A DNA stretch of 64,000 bases from Octopus sinensis (lineage: Eukaryota). The stretch covers positions 103,292,001-103,356,000 of the forward strand of contig NC_043001.1 of assembly GCF_006345805.1 (NCBI RefSeq), in the 5' to 3' direction. Each line of letters begins with the position of its first letter. Position 1 is the first letter of the stretch. Made by a program: the position numbers and the translations under genes. Of this stretch, positions 25,396-38,163 are shown piece by piece. A model generated the notes under the pieces. It was not told the origin of the DNA and did not search any database. It was given only the letters and a program-made list of their open reading frames with translations.

Positions 25396-25486
25396 AAATT
25401 GGTACGATCGTTTCACGTTACATCATTTTATTAAACATTGTAAGTATTACAACAGTTTTAAAATGTTGAGCAATCATCAGCAATTT
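25396..25486 (-). ncRNA. Hammerhead motif (canonical core, irregular stem II)
   Basis: Minus strand AAATTG-CTGATGA-ttgc...cgt-GAAA-CGATCG-TA-c-CAATTT. Confidence 0.55.
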
Positions 25487-26086
25487 ATAGAGGTTTTCCA
25501 TCAATACATATACTTATTTCCATGTTAATTAATAACATTATGAAGAGGGTAGATATACAGACAGAGATGTTGATTTGAATGTTAAGAACATTAAGGTATT
25601 AGAATTTATCTGACTAAAGAATATTCTTTAAGTTATTTTGAACTGCTAGAAAGTGGGGAGGAATATTCTGTTGGATGAAGACAAAAGAGATTTTCTATTT
25701 ATAGAAGTAGGTAGGGGTGAAATAAACTTAAACTTAAAAAATAATTTGCTTCTTTTTGCTCATTTATAGGATGTAAACAAACCAACCACTTTTTACAAGC
25801 GGTTTTAGGTCGGGGTCATAAACACACATATATTTATAAACAACAGCCCCCGTTCAGTTTCCGTATACCAAACCCACCTGCAAGGCTTTAGTTTGCTTGA
25901 TGCTATAGTGGAAGACACGGGGCCAAGGTGCTGCGCTGTGAGACTGAACTCGGAACTATGTGGTTAGGAAGCAAACTTCTTAACACACAGTTACGCCTGC
26001 ACCAATTTGGATGTACGTATGTATGTACGTATGTATGTATGTATGTATGTATGTATGTATGTATGTATGTATGTATGTATGTATGT

Positions 26087-26367
26087 GCAGATTTGTATAT
26101 TTTATGTATGTATTCTCATGCCTATAGTTACTTATCTAGACATGCTCATATATATTTAAATGCTAAACTTCTGGAAAATTTGACAGATTTTTACAGTTCC
26201 ACTGATGGATTGGATCTGTTGTCTTCGAATTAGCTTTCTCCTTTCTGGTTTTGAGAAGCTTAATTTCTCAAGATTGGTATTTAGGCAGTGTGTTACATAT
26301 CCCAGGGCCCCAATAATTACAGGTATAAACCTGAACTTGTAATCTGGATAGAGCAGCTGTAAATCAT
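26087..26367 (-). mobile_element. 3' fragment of an RLE-type non-LTR retrotransposon embedded in (TACA)n
   Basis: Translation DLQLLYPDYKFRFIPVIIGALGYV...SISGTVKIC matches the RLE C-terminal P.I.GALG motif; homologous to 51141-51345. Confidence 0.75.
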
Positions 26368-26902
26368 GTATGTATGTATGTATGTATGTATGTCTGTATG
26401 TATGTATGTATGTATGTATGTACGTATGTATGTATGTATATATGTACGTATGTATGTATGCATGTATGTATGTACGTATGTTTGTATGTATGTATGCATT
26501 CGTGTATGAATGTATATACGATGTATGTATGTGTGCGTGCATGTGTATTACGTATGTATGTAGGTAGGTATATGTGTGTATGAAGTCATTATACTGCACT
26601 AAACGCCGATTCCGGGCAATTGCAAATGCAGGCACCCAGTCTCTCACGCACCCACACATCCCCATCAACGCACAAACGCACACACTGGATCGCACATACA
26701 TCACTTAAGTGTCATTCCATGTTCAGCTCTTATCTCACCATAATTACCAGCGGACTTTTAAAACTATCTTTTAGACGCCAGCCACGTCAGTTTAACAGGA
26801 AATATATTTTGTTAATGTAAAACTGGTGAGTTCTGTATAGTATATGCAGAAAATCGATTTTGTGACACGGTTTCCATTTTCTTCAGTAAAATCCAAGAAG
26901 TA

Positions 26903-27123
26903 CAGTAATCCCTCGACTATCGCGGGTGTTACGTTCCAAAAAAACCCGCGATAGGTGAAAATACGCGAAGTAGAAACAGTACTATACTGTATTTTTTAAA
27001 ATTATTTTTATAACTTGTATATATTTATTTTATAATAAATGCAAAACAACACCACGGAGGAATCGACGTAAGTTTAAATAATAAACCGCGATAGGGGAAC
27101 CGCGATATGGTGAGGGATTACTC
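26903..27123. mobile_element. Tc1/mariner-superfamily (pogo/Tigger-like) MITE
   Basis: TA + cagtaatccctcgactatcgcgg at the left end; ccgcgatatggtgagggattactc is an imperfect inverted copy at the right end. Confidence 0.65.
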
Positions 27124-28112
27124 TCTATGGATAACACACAAGGTGCAGGCGTGGTTGTGTGGCAAGAAGTTTGTTTTTCAACCACATAGTTGAACATTGG
27201 GGTCGGTGTAACCGACAAGCTCCACCCCTCCGCTAAAATTTCCGGCCTTTCTATAATAGAAAATGTTATTAACCTAGAATGTAACTTCATATCTGTTACC
27301 ATTTCATGAATGTGATGGCGAGAGTTATTATTAAAGGTCCGGCAGTATGAAGTCATGGATGTTCTTGAAAGCCGCACTGTCCAATCAGGGAAACACTTGT
27401 AATTTATTCTTTGTTTTTTAACAAAGCTAAGATTTATTTATTCACATTAGCGACATTTCTTTTTACAGGAAAAGAAAAAGAAAACCTTAAAAAACCCCCA
27501 AAAAACTAGAAACACATAGCCATGACCACCTCACCAAAGAAACGAAGGAAAAGAAACTTGTAAAGGCGTTGCCGCAGAGAGTGGCCAGAGGCACTCGCTG
27601 CAGCAGCTACCCCCACTTCGTGCGGCTCATTTCTCAGACTGGCCGCCGTTATCCCGATTTTCCAGAAGAAATTGGCAGCCCAATAACACTTGAGATCTCG
27701 ATGGCGACCGGTACGAACTGATAGCGACCTGTCAGGCTCCTGAAACGCTCGGCAACGATATGTTTTGACACTACAGGTAACCACTTTAACGGCTATATTC
27801 ACAGTGACAGTGAGAGCAAAGTATCCTGGTCGTGAACACAACGCTGCCCCGATGACAAGATAAAAATTGTCCGAGCTCGAATTAACAGAGGCCAGTATAC
27901 CGATCTAGTTATTTGCCACTGTACACAAAAGACCCCCCCAAAAAACTTGCATTCTGACGGTTACGACAACGTGTTTCATTGATCCAATCATTGCAACCGT
28001 CTGCTCGTGAAATTAACCTGCAAATGGCTGAGTACTCCACAGATATGTGTACCCATAACATAGCTCTCAGGAAGATTCGGTGCAACGCAGAATGTGACCA
28101 GGCAGACCTTTT

Positions 28113-28347
28113 CTATTTCTTTACTACCCACAAGGGGCTAAGCACAGAGAGGACAAACAAGGACAGACAAACGGATTAAGTCGATTATATCGACCCCAGT
28201 GCGTAACTGGTACTTATTTAATCGACTCCGAAAGGATGAAAGGCAAAGTCGACCGCGGCGGAATTTAAACTCAGAACGTAGCGGCTGGCGAAATGCTGTG
28301 AAACATTTCGCCCGGCGTGCTAACGATTCTGCCAGCTCCTCACCGCC
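28113..28347 (-). mobile_element. Family A SINE
   Basis: Reverse complement of the 6981-7212 pattern. Confidence 0.8.
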
Positions 28348-28721
28348 CTTTTGAAATACACGTAGTACTCTTTTTCGGGCCTATGGAAACAACGCGCTGC
28401 CGGGAATGGAACGCCCGACCTTCCGATCGTTGGCTGAATGTTTTAACTGCCAAGCCGCGCGCCCTCACTGCTGCTGTACAAAATAGAAGATATTAAGCAT
28501 CTTAGTATCCGTTGAAATCAATGAAAGATCTTTATAAAATATTTATTACCTGCAAATAGTTTGAAAAAGATTTCAGTAGCAGTCGAATTTATCACGTCTG
28601 GACGATAAAATATGACTCTGAGATCCCCTTTTATAACGAGACATAAAATGTTGAACAATAATAACAGCAACAACAACAACAACAACAACAACAACACCCC
28701 AATGATTTCTAACTTTAATAA

Positions 28722-29045
28722 ACTGGCATTCCGTCGTTTACGACGATGCGTGTTGCAGTTGATCCACTCAACGGAACAGCTCGTAAAATTACTGCACAAG
28801 TGGCTGAGTACACCACAGATATGTGTACTCTTAACGTTGTTCTCAGGGAGATTTAACGCGACACAGAATGCAGTAAGGCTGGTCCTTTTTCAAAGGAGGT
28901 ACTACACATGTTTGCTAGGTGAGTAGAGTGGAGAAACGTGAAATAAGATGTCCCGATCAAGGACATGGCGCGACGCCAGGAATCGAACTCACGATCATGA
29001 GATCGTGAGCCGAATACCCGAAACACTAAACCATGCGTCTTCACT
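28722..29045 (-). mobile_element. Family C SINE
   Basis: Homologous to 5378-5692. Confidence 0.7.
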
Positions 29046-29049
29046 CTAA

Positions 29050-29265
29050 CATCGGCTTCAAATTCTGGAACAAGGTCAGCAATTTCGGAGTAGGAGGTAA
29101 GTCGATTACATCGACCCCCATTGTTCAACTGGTACTTAATTTATCGACCCTGAAGAGGATGAAAGGCAAATTCAACCTCTGTGGAATTTGAACTCAGAAC
29201 GTAACGGCAACGAAATGCTGCTAAGCATTCCGCCCGGCGTGCTAACGATTCTGCTAGCTCGCCGC
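29050..29265 (-). mobile_element. Family A SINE
   Basis: Central domain and tRNA-like head on the minus strand. Confidence 0.75.
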
Positions 29266-29433
29266 ATTGCTTCACCCTAACATTAATACTTATTAACATA
29301 AGCACACGGTCGCACAGTTTGGTGGGAGGCGGTGTTACTGATGGAATTGACAACGGTCACTGTTTAGTTAATATATTTTAACCAAACAGGAGGAGAAATA
29401 ATAAAGCCAGTCAAGTACTGTGGGGTGGGGGTC

Positions 29434-29477
<44 letters not shown>

Positions 29478-29759
29478 ATAAATACATGAAATAAACATTA
29501 ATTTTAAAATGTTTCTTTGTATAATTTTACTTGGCCAAAATAAGGCTGGGTAAACATGAAAACAGTGAGAGATTCTGTTTAGCATTTCTTTGAGTTTTTT
29601 CTGTCTCTTGGGAGCTAATTAATAAACTAGAGGAGGCAATTAAAAATGGTATCGCAATCAACGTGCTAGCGGCAATTTCTTCAATGCAAAACACAAAGGC
29701 TGCGTCGTTAGGGTTAGAGTTCTTGCGCTAAAACAAGAAGAAACGAAAGCTGTCCGATG

Positions 29760-30445
29760 AGCTCGGGTGGCGGCGGCGTGACTTGGCACGAAAACCACAA
29801 ATCTTTGACAGACTAGGATGGGTGCGTATTACGCGGTTCTAAGCAAATGAGTGCGGACTTCCAGCAGCACTTTGCCCAACGTTTCAGAGAGCTCTGCCAT
29901 TACGAGATAAACTCTACAGGCATGGAAGCGCTGTCCGATTGGATTGCCCAAGATGCGCGCAGGGCGACGAAATCGTTCTGCGCGTCCTCGCACAGTGTCC
30001 GAATTTTGCTGACCTGTTGAGTTTTGTGGAACGGCTGTTATCGCGTGTAGGACGATTCCGACTCTCGACTGAATCAATCATGCGAATCGCCCCTACCACC
30101 CACCTTTAACAAGGCAGGGCAGCTGGGTTTCCTCTGCCAAGAGGCTATGGCTAGGGGCAGTGTGATAGAGGATGCTGAAAGGATTGAGAGAAAGACACCT
30201 TCCTCTTCGGTCAAGCTCTCATCGCCTTTTTTGAAGTTCCAGTTGGCAAGGAAAGCGAGAATGGAGAGGGAAGTGCTACCACCCAGGGAATTTATGAAAA
30301 TACGGGTGACTGTGGCAAAAATGGTTAGAATGAATGGCCCTGCTTTAAGTATGTACCTGCAGATTGGAGAACACGAGAGAGGTCTCGTACCTTTGGTGGC
30401 CAGGGTAATCCTGGATCTGTGGTGTTTGAGAACCCACATCTGAAA
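29760..30445 (+). pseudogene. Decayed L1/Tx1-like ORF2 C-terminus
   Basis: Translation RALPLRDKLYRHG..V..DCPRCAQGDEIVLRVLAQCP (CCHC-like), then KFQLARKARMEREVL...KMVRMN, homologous to 33889-34020. Confidence 0.6.
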
Positions 30446-30517
30446 GACTATTAATAGATCTTTTAAAACATTTAGACATTACGTTCTTTATTTAACTTCA
30501 ATATTTGCTGTCGATAA

Positions 30518-30730
30518 GACGGTGAGCTGGCGGAACTGTTAGCATGCCGGACCAAATGCTAGCGGGATTTCATCCGTCTTTACGTTCTGTGTTTAAATTC
30601 CGCCTTTGTCGACTTTGCCTTTCATCCTTTCGGGGTTGATAAAATAAGTACCAGTTGAGCTCTAGGGGTGGGAGGGTAGATTTACCCACTTCCCCGAAAT
30701 TTCTGGCCTTGTGCCAAATTTTAAAACCAA
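30518..30730 (+). mobile_element. Family A SINE
   Basis: Head ggtgagctggcggaa plus the central domain. Confidence 0.7.
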
Positions 30731-31505
30731 CATTTGATGCCAGGCCATTTAAACAAAATGGACGCTCACAGTTCACACCATAGCTTTGATTCCTGTTTAA
30801 GATAAATTCGCTTCACTTTGGCCGCTGATTCTTTCATGAAATGTTACACAATTTTATTCTTCTTTCTAACAAATTTCTGACCTTTACACTATGTAAGACA
30901 TTTATTTTTGAAACGACTAGAATTGAACTAAAAAGCTGTAATTAGTGGGTTTAAATGCTCTGATTCCATTCATTCAATTATTCAATAGCTCATTTAACTG
31001 CAACTGCGTTCGCACCATTCTTTAGCTAAGATTATATCCGTATGAAACCTTGAGGCATGTTGTTTAATAATGACAATGCCTTAATTAAAATATAATCAAC
31101 ATAGCTTACAGCTCGATGTTCTGTGATTACCGAACACTGTCTAGAGTCCGGAAGATGAAAAATGAACATTCGAATTACTGTTTGGTTCTACAAGAACATT
31201 ATATCCCCAAGGTAGACGTCGGCAGGAACCTCTCCGTTTTCCTAATTACAACATATAAAACAACTTTCGCTGCCAGCTAGCATTAAATGAAACAACAAAA
31301 ACGTTTTAGTGAAAAACTTAATTAAAGTAAAATTTAAAAAATGCGTTATACTGTTTTCGTAAATAGTCTACGATAATACCTATTACATGATATTATATTT
31401 TTCCGGCAGGTTCCCATACTATTCCTTCATTTGCAAATCAGCTAACTCCCTAACTGATATCAACATACATACACACATACGTATGTATGTGAGTGTCTGT
31501 GTATG

Positions 31506-31567
<62 letters not shown>

Positions 31568-31593
31568 ATATATATATATATTATATATATATA

Positions 31594-31819
31594 CCGGAGT
31601 AAACACATAAATGTGAAACAAGGTGGAAAAAAGAGTACTCAAATACCAGTGGTAGAGTAATATGCTTTATTTAAAGCAGCAGAAAATTCAACAAAACCTG
31701 TTACTCTGAGTTTCCCGTTGCCGTTCATCTGTAATTAGTGGGTTTAAAACTGTCCGATGAACGGCAACGGGAAACTCAGAGTAACAGGTTTTGTTGAATT
31801 TTCTGCTCCTTTAAATAAA

Positions 31820-31820
<1 letters not shown>
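31594..31820. mobile_element. Foldback element (65-bp arms) with hammerhead motifs, inserted in (TA)n
   Basis: Arms 31665-31729 and 31756-31820; same family at 54501-54694 and 60483-60711. Confidence 0.8.
31750..31787 (+). ncRNA. Minimal hammerhead (U4C)
   Basis: CTGT-CCGATGA-aCG-gcaa-CGg-GAAA-CTC-a-GAG-TA-ACAG. Confidence 0.7.
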
Positions 31821-31875
<55 letters not shown>

Positions 31876-31910
31876 ATCAAAATAAATAAAAACATGATGC
31901 GAAGGATTCA

Positions 31911-31988
31911 GCGGTACATATGTTTCGGGCCTTTATTAGACAGATTTATAACAATGCATAATGTATGTCTGTGGCCTTCTTCAGCCGC
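31911..31988 (-). ncRNA. Type I hammerhead motif, canonical core
   Basis: Minus strand GCGG-CTGAAGA-a-GGCC...GGCC-c-GAAA-CATATG-TA-CCGC. Confidence 0.7.
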
Positions 31989-32019
31989 GCACAACAGCTT
32001 CCACAAGGACATGTGTTAC

Positions 32020-32119
32020 NNNNNNNNNNNNNNNNNNNNNNNNNNNNNNNNNNNNNNNNNNNNNNNNNNNNNNNNNNNNNNNNNNNNNNNNNNNNNNNNN
32101 NNNNNNNNNNNNNNNNNNN
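32020..32119. other. Assembly gap (100 N)
   Basis: Run of N; a round 100 suggests an unsized scaffold gap. Confidence 0.99.
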
Positions 32120-32269
32120 ATCTAACACGAACGTGACAGTAGGGGGTACACCACCGCTGTATAGCCCTAGGAAGCATCGACGCCTCCTGATGGCTTTGAC
32201 ACATTTTTCCCTGTGTCCTTATATACATTTACGAAGGGGAGACAAAACCCCCGGCCGCCGGAGCTGCAT

Positions 32270-32312
32270 CTAGGGACACGTGTTTCAGGATCATTGTCCT
32301 TCATCGGCCTAG
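32270..32312 (-). ncRNA. Minimal type I hammerhead (U4C), unit 1
   Basis: Minus strand CTAGG-CCGATGA-AGGA-caatga-TCCT-GAAA-CACGTG-TC-CCTAG; GUC triplet. Confidence 0.85.
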
Positions 32313-32632
32313 AGTAGCAGACACCGGTCAGTTGGCAATATTTGTCTCGACTTCGTATTGTATATATCTATAATTCAGTGAAGTCTATTCACTGATTATC
32401 AAAATAAGAAATACTAAATTTCTAAATTTCTCGTAGAGATATGTACGGTGGTGGGGCGATAGAATGGTTGTATACTGTCAATCTAACACGAACGTGACAG
32501 TAGGGAGGTACATCACCGCTGTATAGCCCTAGGAAGCATCGACGCCTCCTGATGGCTTTGACACATTTTCCCCTGTGTCCTTATATACATTTACGAAGGG
32601 GAGACAAACACCCCCGGCCGCCGGAGCTGCAT

Positions 32633-32675
32633 CTAGGGACACGTGTTTCAGGATCATTGTCCTTCATCGGCCTAG
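32633..32675 (-). ncRNA. Minimal type I hammerhead (U4C), unit 2
   Basis: Identical 43-mer to 32270-32312. Confidence 0.85.
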
Positions 32676-33001
32676 AGTAGCAGACACCGGTCAGTTGGCA
32701 ATATTTGTCTCGACTTCGTATTGTATATATCTATAATTCAGTGAAGTCTATTCACTGATTATCAAAATAAGAAATACTAAATTTCTAAATTTCTCGTAGA
32801 GATATGTACGGTGGTGGGGCGATAGAATGGTTGTATACTGTCAATCTAACACGAACGTGACAGTAGGGAGGTACATCACCGCTGTATAGCCCTAGGAAGC
32901 ATCGACGCCTCCTGATGGCTTTGACACATTTTCCCCTGTGTCCTTATATACATTTACGAAGGGGAGACAAACCCCCCCGGCCCCCGCCGCCGGAGCTGCA
33001 T

Positions 33002-33044
33002 CTAGGGACACGTGTTTCAGGATCATTGTCCTTCATCGGCCTAG
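33002..33044 (-). ncRNA. Minimal type I hammerhead (U4C), unit 3
   Basis: Identical 43-mer to 32270-32312. Confidence 0.85.
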
Positions 33045-33355
33045 AGTAGCAGACACCGGTCAGCTGGCGATATTTGTCTCGACTTCGTATTGTATATATC
33101 TATAATTCAGTGAAGTCTATTCACTGATTATCAAAATAAGAAATACTAAATTTCTAAATCTCTCATAGAGATATGTACGGTGGTGGGGCGTAACCGGAAT
33201 TAGTGATAACTTGGCAGGATGTATCGTCATGTCGCAAAGTGTTGAAAGCCCCTTGATATAAACAGGCATTTTGCCAACGGAATATGCAATATGTGGTAGT
33301 TTGAAGGACTGAACACTTCACAAACACGCAGCAGGTAATATTTCAGTAGAATAAA

Positions 33356-33568
33356 GGCGGCGAGCTGGCAGAAACTTTAGCGCGCCGGACGAAATGCTTA
33401 GCGGTATTTCATCTGTCTTAGTGTTCTGAGTTCAAATTCCGCCGAAGTCGACTTTGCCTTTCATCTTTTCGGGGGTTGATAAATTAAGTACCAGTTGCGT
33501 ACTGGTGTCGATCTAATCGACTTGCCCACTCCCCACAAATTTCGTGCCTTGCGCCTGGAGTAGAAAAG
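33356..33568 (+). mobile_element. Family A SINE
   Basis: ggcggcgagctggcagaaac head, gagttcaaattcc B-box. Confidence 0.8.
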
Positions 33569-33748
33569 AATATTTCAGTAGAATACACTGAAACAGCAGA
33601 AAAAGACAGGATTGCTTAGGGAAACAACGCACTAACTCTTGAAGGAATTGAACCCTTGACCAATTACGCTAATCCGAACACCTGGCCAGTAGACCACAGG
33701 CTTTTATTCACTCTCACTCTTTTTCTATCTCTTTCTCCCTCTCTCGAT

Positions 33749-33826
<78 letters not shown>

Positions 33827-33849
33827 GTCTGTCTGTCTGTCTGTCTGTA

Positions 33850-33881
<32 letters not shown>

Positions 33882-33888
33882 CATCTAT

Positions 33889-34392
33889 CACTTTCCTCTC
33901 TGGTCGATCTCTCATCAACTTTTTCAAGTATCACTTGAAAAGGAAAGTGAGAGTAGAAAGGCAAGTCTAGCGAATGTTTAAAAAAAAGATGGGTGAATGT
34001 TGCAAGGATGGCACGTATGAATGACGAAGCCACCTTGAGCATAATCCTACGAACCCGGAAAATTTAAAACAGAGTGTTACCTACTTGCAAACAGATATGG
34101 TAACATGTAACATCATTGACCGAGGTTACCGTGGTCTTTTCCGTAGGCTTTTCTTCCCACCGATAAACCTTGTCTGCTTCCCCCTTTACACCTTACACCA
34201 TGACACTGTGATACATGATCCCTATTGATCGTTTTTTTCCCTTTTTTCCCCTTTTTTCTTCTTCTTTCCCTTTTACGATGCCTTTTGATCGAAAACTTAA
34301 CCCACCTTTTTTTTTCTCTCCCCCCAAAAGAAAAGCTCTACTTTGTAATCTGTCCCGTCTGTGTGCAGCCCTGTGTGGCTAATAAAGAAACA

Positions 34393-34393
<1 letters not shown>
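33889..34393 (+). mobile_element. L1/Tx1-like LINE 3' end with 3' UTR, embedded in (CTAT)n
   Basis: [40 protein letters not shown]; AATAAA at 34381; (CTAT)n runs on both sides. Confidence 0.6.
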
Positions 34394-34475
<82 letters not shown>

Positions 34476-34508
34476 ATATATATATATATATCTCTGTATG
34501 TATGTCTG

Positions 34509-34671
<163 letters not shown>

Positions 34672-35052
34672 AGATAGATAGGTAAATAGATGGGGGGCTG
34701 TGTGTGTTTATATGTGTGTAAAATGGCCGTGTTGAATGCAAAAAGCAATGTTGTTAAAAGGAAGCCTAACAGTAGTTTGGTATTTCCGGGAAAAGATAAG
34801 TACCGGGCTTGGCTAAAATCATGAGGATGGTGCTCCAGCTTGGCCACTGTCTCGTGATTGAGAACAGCAACTGAATGTAAACAATAAATAAATAAATAAG
34901 TTTATAAAGTAACCTACGCCCACATGCATATAATACACACACTCACACACACACATACATTTATATATATATGTATGCGGGTGCATGACTGTGTGCGCGT
35001 GCGAGCATTTGTGCATGTGTGTGTATGTGTGTGTATATGTGTGTGTGCATGT

Positions 35053-35094
<42 letters not shown>

Positions 35095-35241
35095 GTTTGC
35101 ATACACACCCATCCATTGGCTGTAATACACACACGTCATACTACGAAGTTACTTTGTGGAAACTACATCGATCTGGTGTCCTCCTGCCTCGTAGTCAGAT
35201 ATCGTCTGCTCCTCCTTCTAGAATGTTCAACGCACATGCAA

Positions 35242-35285
<44 letters not shown>

Positions 35286-35447
35286 CGCGCACGCGCGCCT
35301 TCATCCGCTCGTATGTACTCACTCACATCAAGACGGACACCTACACACGCGAGCGTTCGATTGTCTCATCCACTCCATTAGACAATCTCACGCTCACTCC
35401 GCTCTCCTCTGCTATTGCTTGCAGTTTTCCCCTCCTACTTTGTTACA

Positions 35448-35494
<47 letters not shown>

Positions 35495-35753
35495 CGCAAA
35501 CCCACACACATACGCACACACACACACACACAACTTACAAGCATTCAAACAGAATTACTCTTTCAAAATATTTCGAATCCACAAAATGCACACACACACA
35601 CTAACATACACACACACTAACATACACACACACTAACATACACACACACTAACATACACACACACTAACATACACACACACTAACACACCCTAACACACA
35701 CTAACACACACACACACTAATACTCACACACGCACACACACACACACTAACAC

Positions 35754-35785
<32 letters not shown>

Positions 35786-36163
35786 GCTCACGCTAACACA
35801 CGCTTACACTTGCATTTTCAGTTTCATAGTATTTGCTTATATTTTAATACAAGACGCACACACATACACGCAAGCATACACGCACACACACACATACACC
35901 CACACATAGATGTCAAACCTTATGGCTGATTTCGGTAAAATAATAAAAGAGATCTATGTTTTGGGGATCTCCGTCGTTCAACGATGAGGATTCAGTTGTT
36001 TGATCTCAACTGTATTATCTCCTCTTGAATTAAAGGGTATGCGGCTGAGTATTCCAGAGACACATGTATCCTTAATGTAATACTCGGGCAGTGTCAGTAG
36101 GACACTGTGTGACAAAGTTGTACTTTTGAAATACAAGAACAATCCATTGGACGCATTTGTATA

Positions 36164-36364
36164 CGAGGGGCTGCTGAAATGTTTCTGGCTTTAAGGGTAT
36201 CACAAAAAGCCCGGTTCGAGGCCAACCTTCCGAATTATTTTACAGAGCTTACAAAAACTGAAGGCCCACTTCAATAAGTATAAGAAGGGAATATGTTGAA
36301 TAAAATCAACTGATGCCCCTGTATCTTCTGTGACCCAAAGCCAGGAACTTTTCAATTCACCCAC
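36164..36364. mobile_element. Mariner-like MITE
   Basis: TA + cgaggggctgctgaaatgtttctggcttt at the left; aaagccaggaacttttca at the right is an imperfect inverted copy. Confidence 0.5.
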
Positions 36365-37007
36365 AAAATAGGAATCGAGGCAATTAAAACTGTCATTTAC
36401 TCTTGAAGTGACGCAGCAGGATCGAAGTTGCGAAGACGACCATACAGTTTTGCTTCATTGAGATCTTTTCCAAGCAGGCGATGTTTTGCTTGTATTGTGA
36501 GATCACCCTCGAACGCAGCTGGTAACCCAGTACAACCTGTTGCATGATCGGGTCATCGGCGATCAAACTGGTCACCCCACCAAGCTTGCTGCGTGAGGAG
36601 GGTGATTGTTGGACACCCTGCAGGACGGAAAACAAAAACCGTCAAAGGGTGGAGGAACTGAAGGAAGACAATGCCCACCCATTATATGTGAAGGCGCGCA
36701 GCTATGGGGTTAGAGCATTGTGCTCACGATCGCGAGGCCATGGTTTCGATCCCAGACCGGCTGTGCATTGTGTTCCCGAGTAAAACACTTCATTTCATGT
36801 CGCTCCAATCCACTCAGCTGGTCAGGAGTAACCTTGTGATGTATTGGCGCAGAAATGGCTGTGTGGTAAGTAGTTTGCTTACCAACTACATGGTTCAAGG
36901 TACAATCCCACAGCGTGCCACTTTGGGTAAGTGTCTTCTACTATAGTCTCGGGCTGACCAAAGCCTCGTGAGTGGATTTGGTAGACGGAAACTGAAAGAA
37001 ACTCGTC

Positions 37008-37043
<36 letters not shown>

Positions 37044-37132
37044 GGAGAGTTCACGAAAAAAACAAAAGACGAAGACAGGTGGTGTACAAAACAAACAGAT
37101 GTATTAGTATAACGCTCAGGAATAGAAAAAGT

Positions 37133-37168
37133 CTTTTACGTTTCGAGCCTACGCTCTTCAACAGAAAG
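37133..37168 (-). ncRNA. Hammerhead-like motif, A6U family
   Basis: Minus strand CTTT-CTGTTGA-A-GAGC-gtag-GCTC-GAAA-CG-TA-AAAG. Confidence 0.55.
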
Positions 37169-37222
37169 GGACACAGAAAAAACAAGGAGAGAAAAAATGC
37201 ATGTAGTGGCTAACGATCTATC

Positions 37223-37278
<56 letters not shown>

Positions 37279-38163
37279 TTGTCCCCCACTATCGCTTGAC
37301 AACCGATGCTGGTGTGTTTACGTCCACGTAACTTAGCGGTGCGACAAAAGAGACGGATAGAATAAGTACTAGGCTTACAAAGAATAAGTCCTGGGGTCGA
37401 TTTGCTCCACTAAAGACGGTGCTCCAGCATGGCCGCGGTCAAATGACTGAAACAAACAAGAGAAAGGGTGAGATGGTGACTCGGGGCAATCAGCCGAACT
37501 GAAGTCTCGTGATCCACGTCTTGTATTCAACGATTGAAAGGAGGAATAATGAATCTCATAATGTGAATCCCAATTGGTTGGGGTTGGTTGATGGAGCACG
37601 ATGAACGATGGAGATGGGTTTGTAGGCATCTTGAAAAATATTGCTGTTCCAGTTAACACCCATATTTGGATAGAAGGATAACAAATCATTTTCGACCATT
37701 TAACAGTATTTTATGTATGTAAATAATTCTAAAGAGTTCAATTGAGGCAATCGACAATTCCAACGCCAGTTACTCCTTGCAAAGAATCTTGCTATAATGT
37801 TCTAGATTAATTGTACCATGTAGGCGCGGGCGTGGCTGTGTGGTAAGAATCTCGCTTCCCAATCACATGGTTCCAAGTTCAGTCTCACTACGTGGCACCC
37901 TTGGGCAAATATCTTCTATTATAACTTTGAAGCAACCAAAGCCTTGTGAGTGGATTTGGTAGACGGAAACTAAAAGAATCCTATCATACATATATACATA
38001 CATACATACATACATACATAAATACATACGTACATATATATATATGCGTGTGTGTGTGTGTGTGTGTATGAGTAAATCCCAAAAAGAAGAACAAACACAA
38101 AAAACAACAACGTGAGATGTGGTACATGTAAAATATTAGCAGACGCTCAGGGAAGGAAAGATG

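Larger units (their letters stand above)
32120..33190 (-). repeat. Tandem array of about 361-369-bp units (about 3 copies, abutting the gap), one hammerhead per unit; retrozyme-like
   Basis: atctaacacgaacgtgacagtaggg at 32120, 32481 and 32844; units near-identical. Confidence 0.92.
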
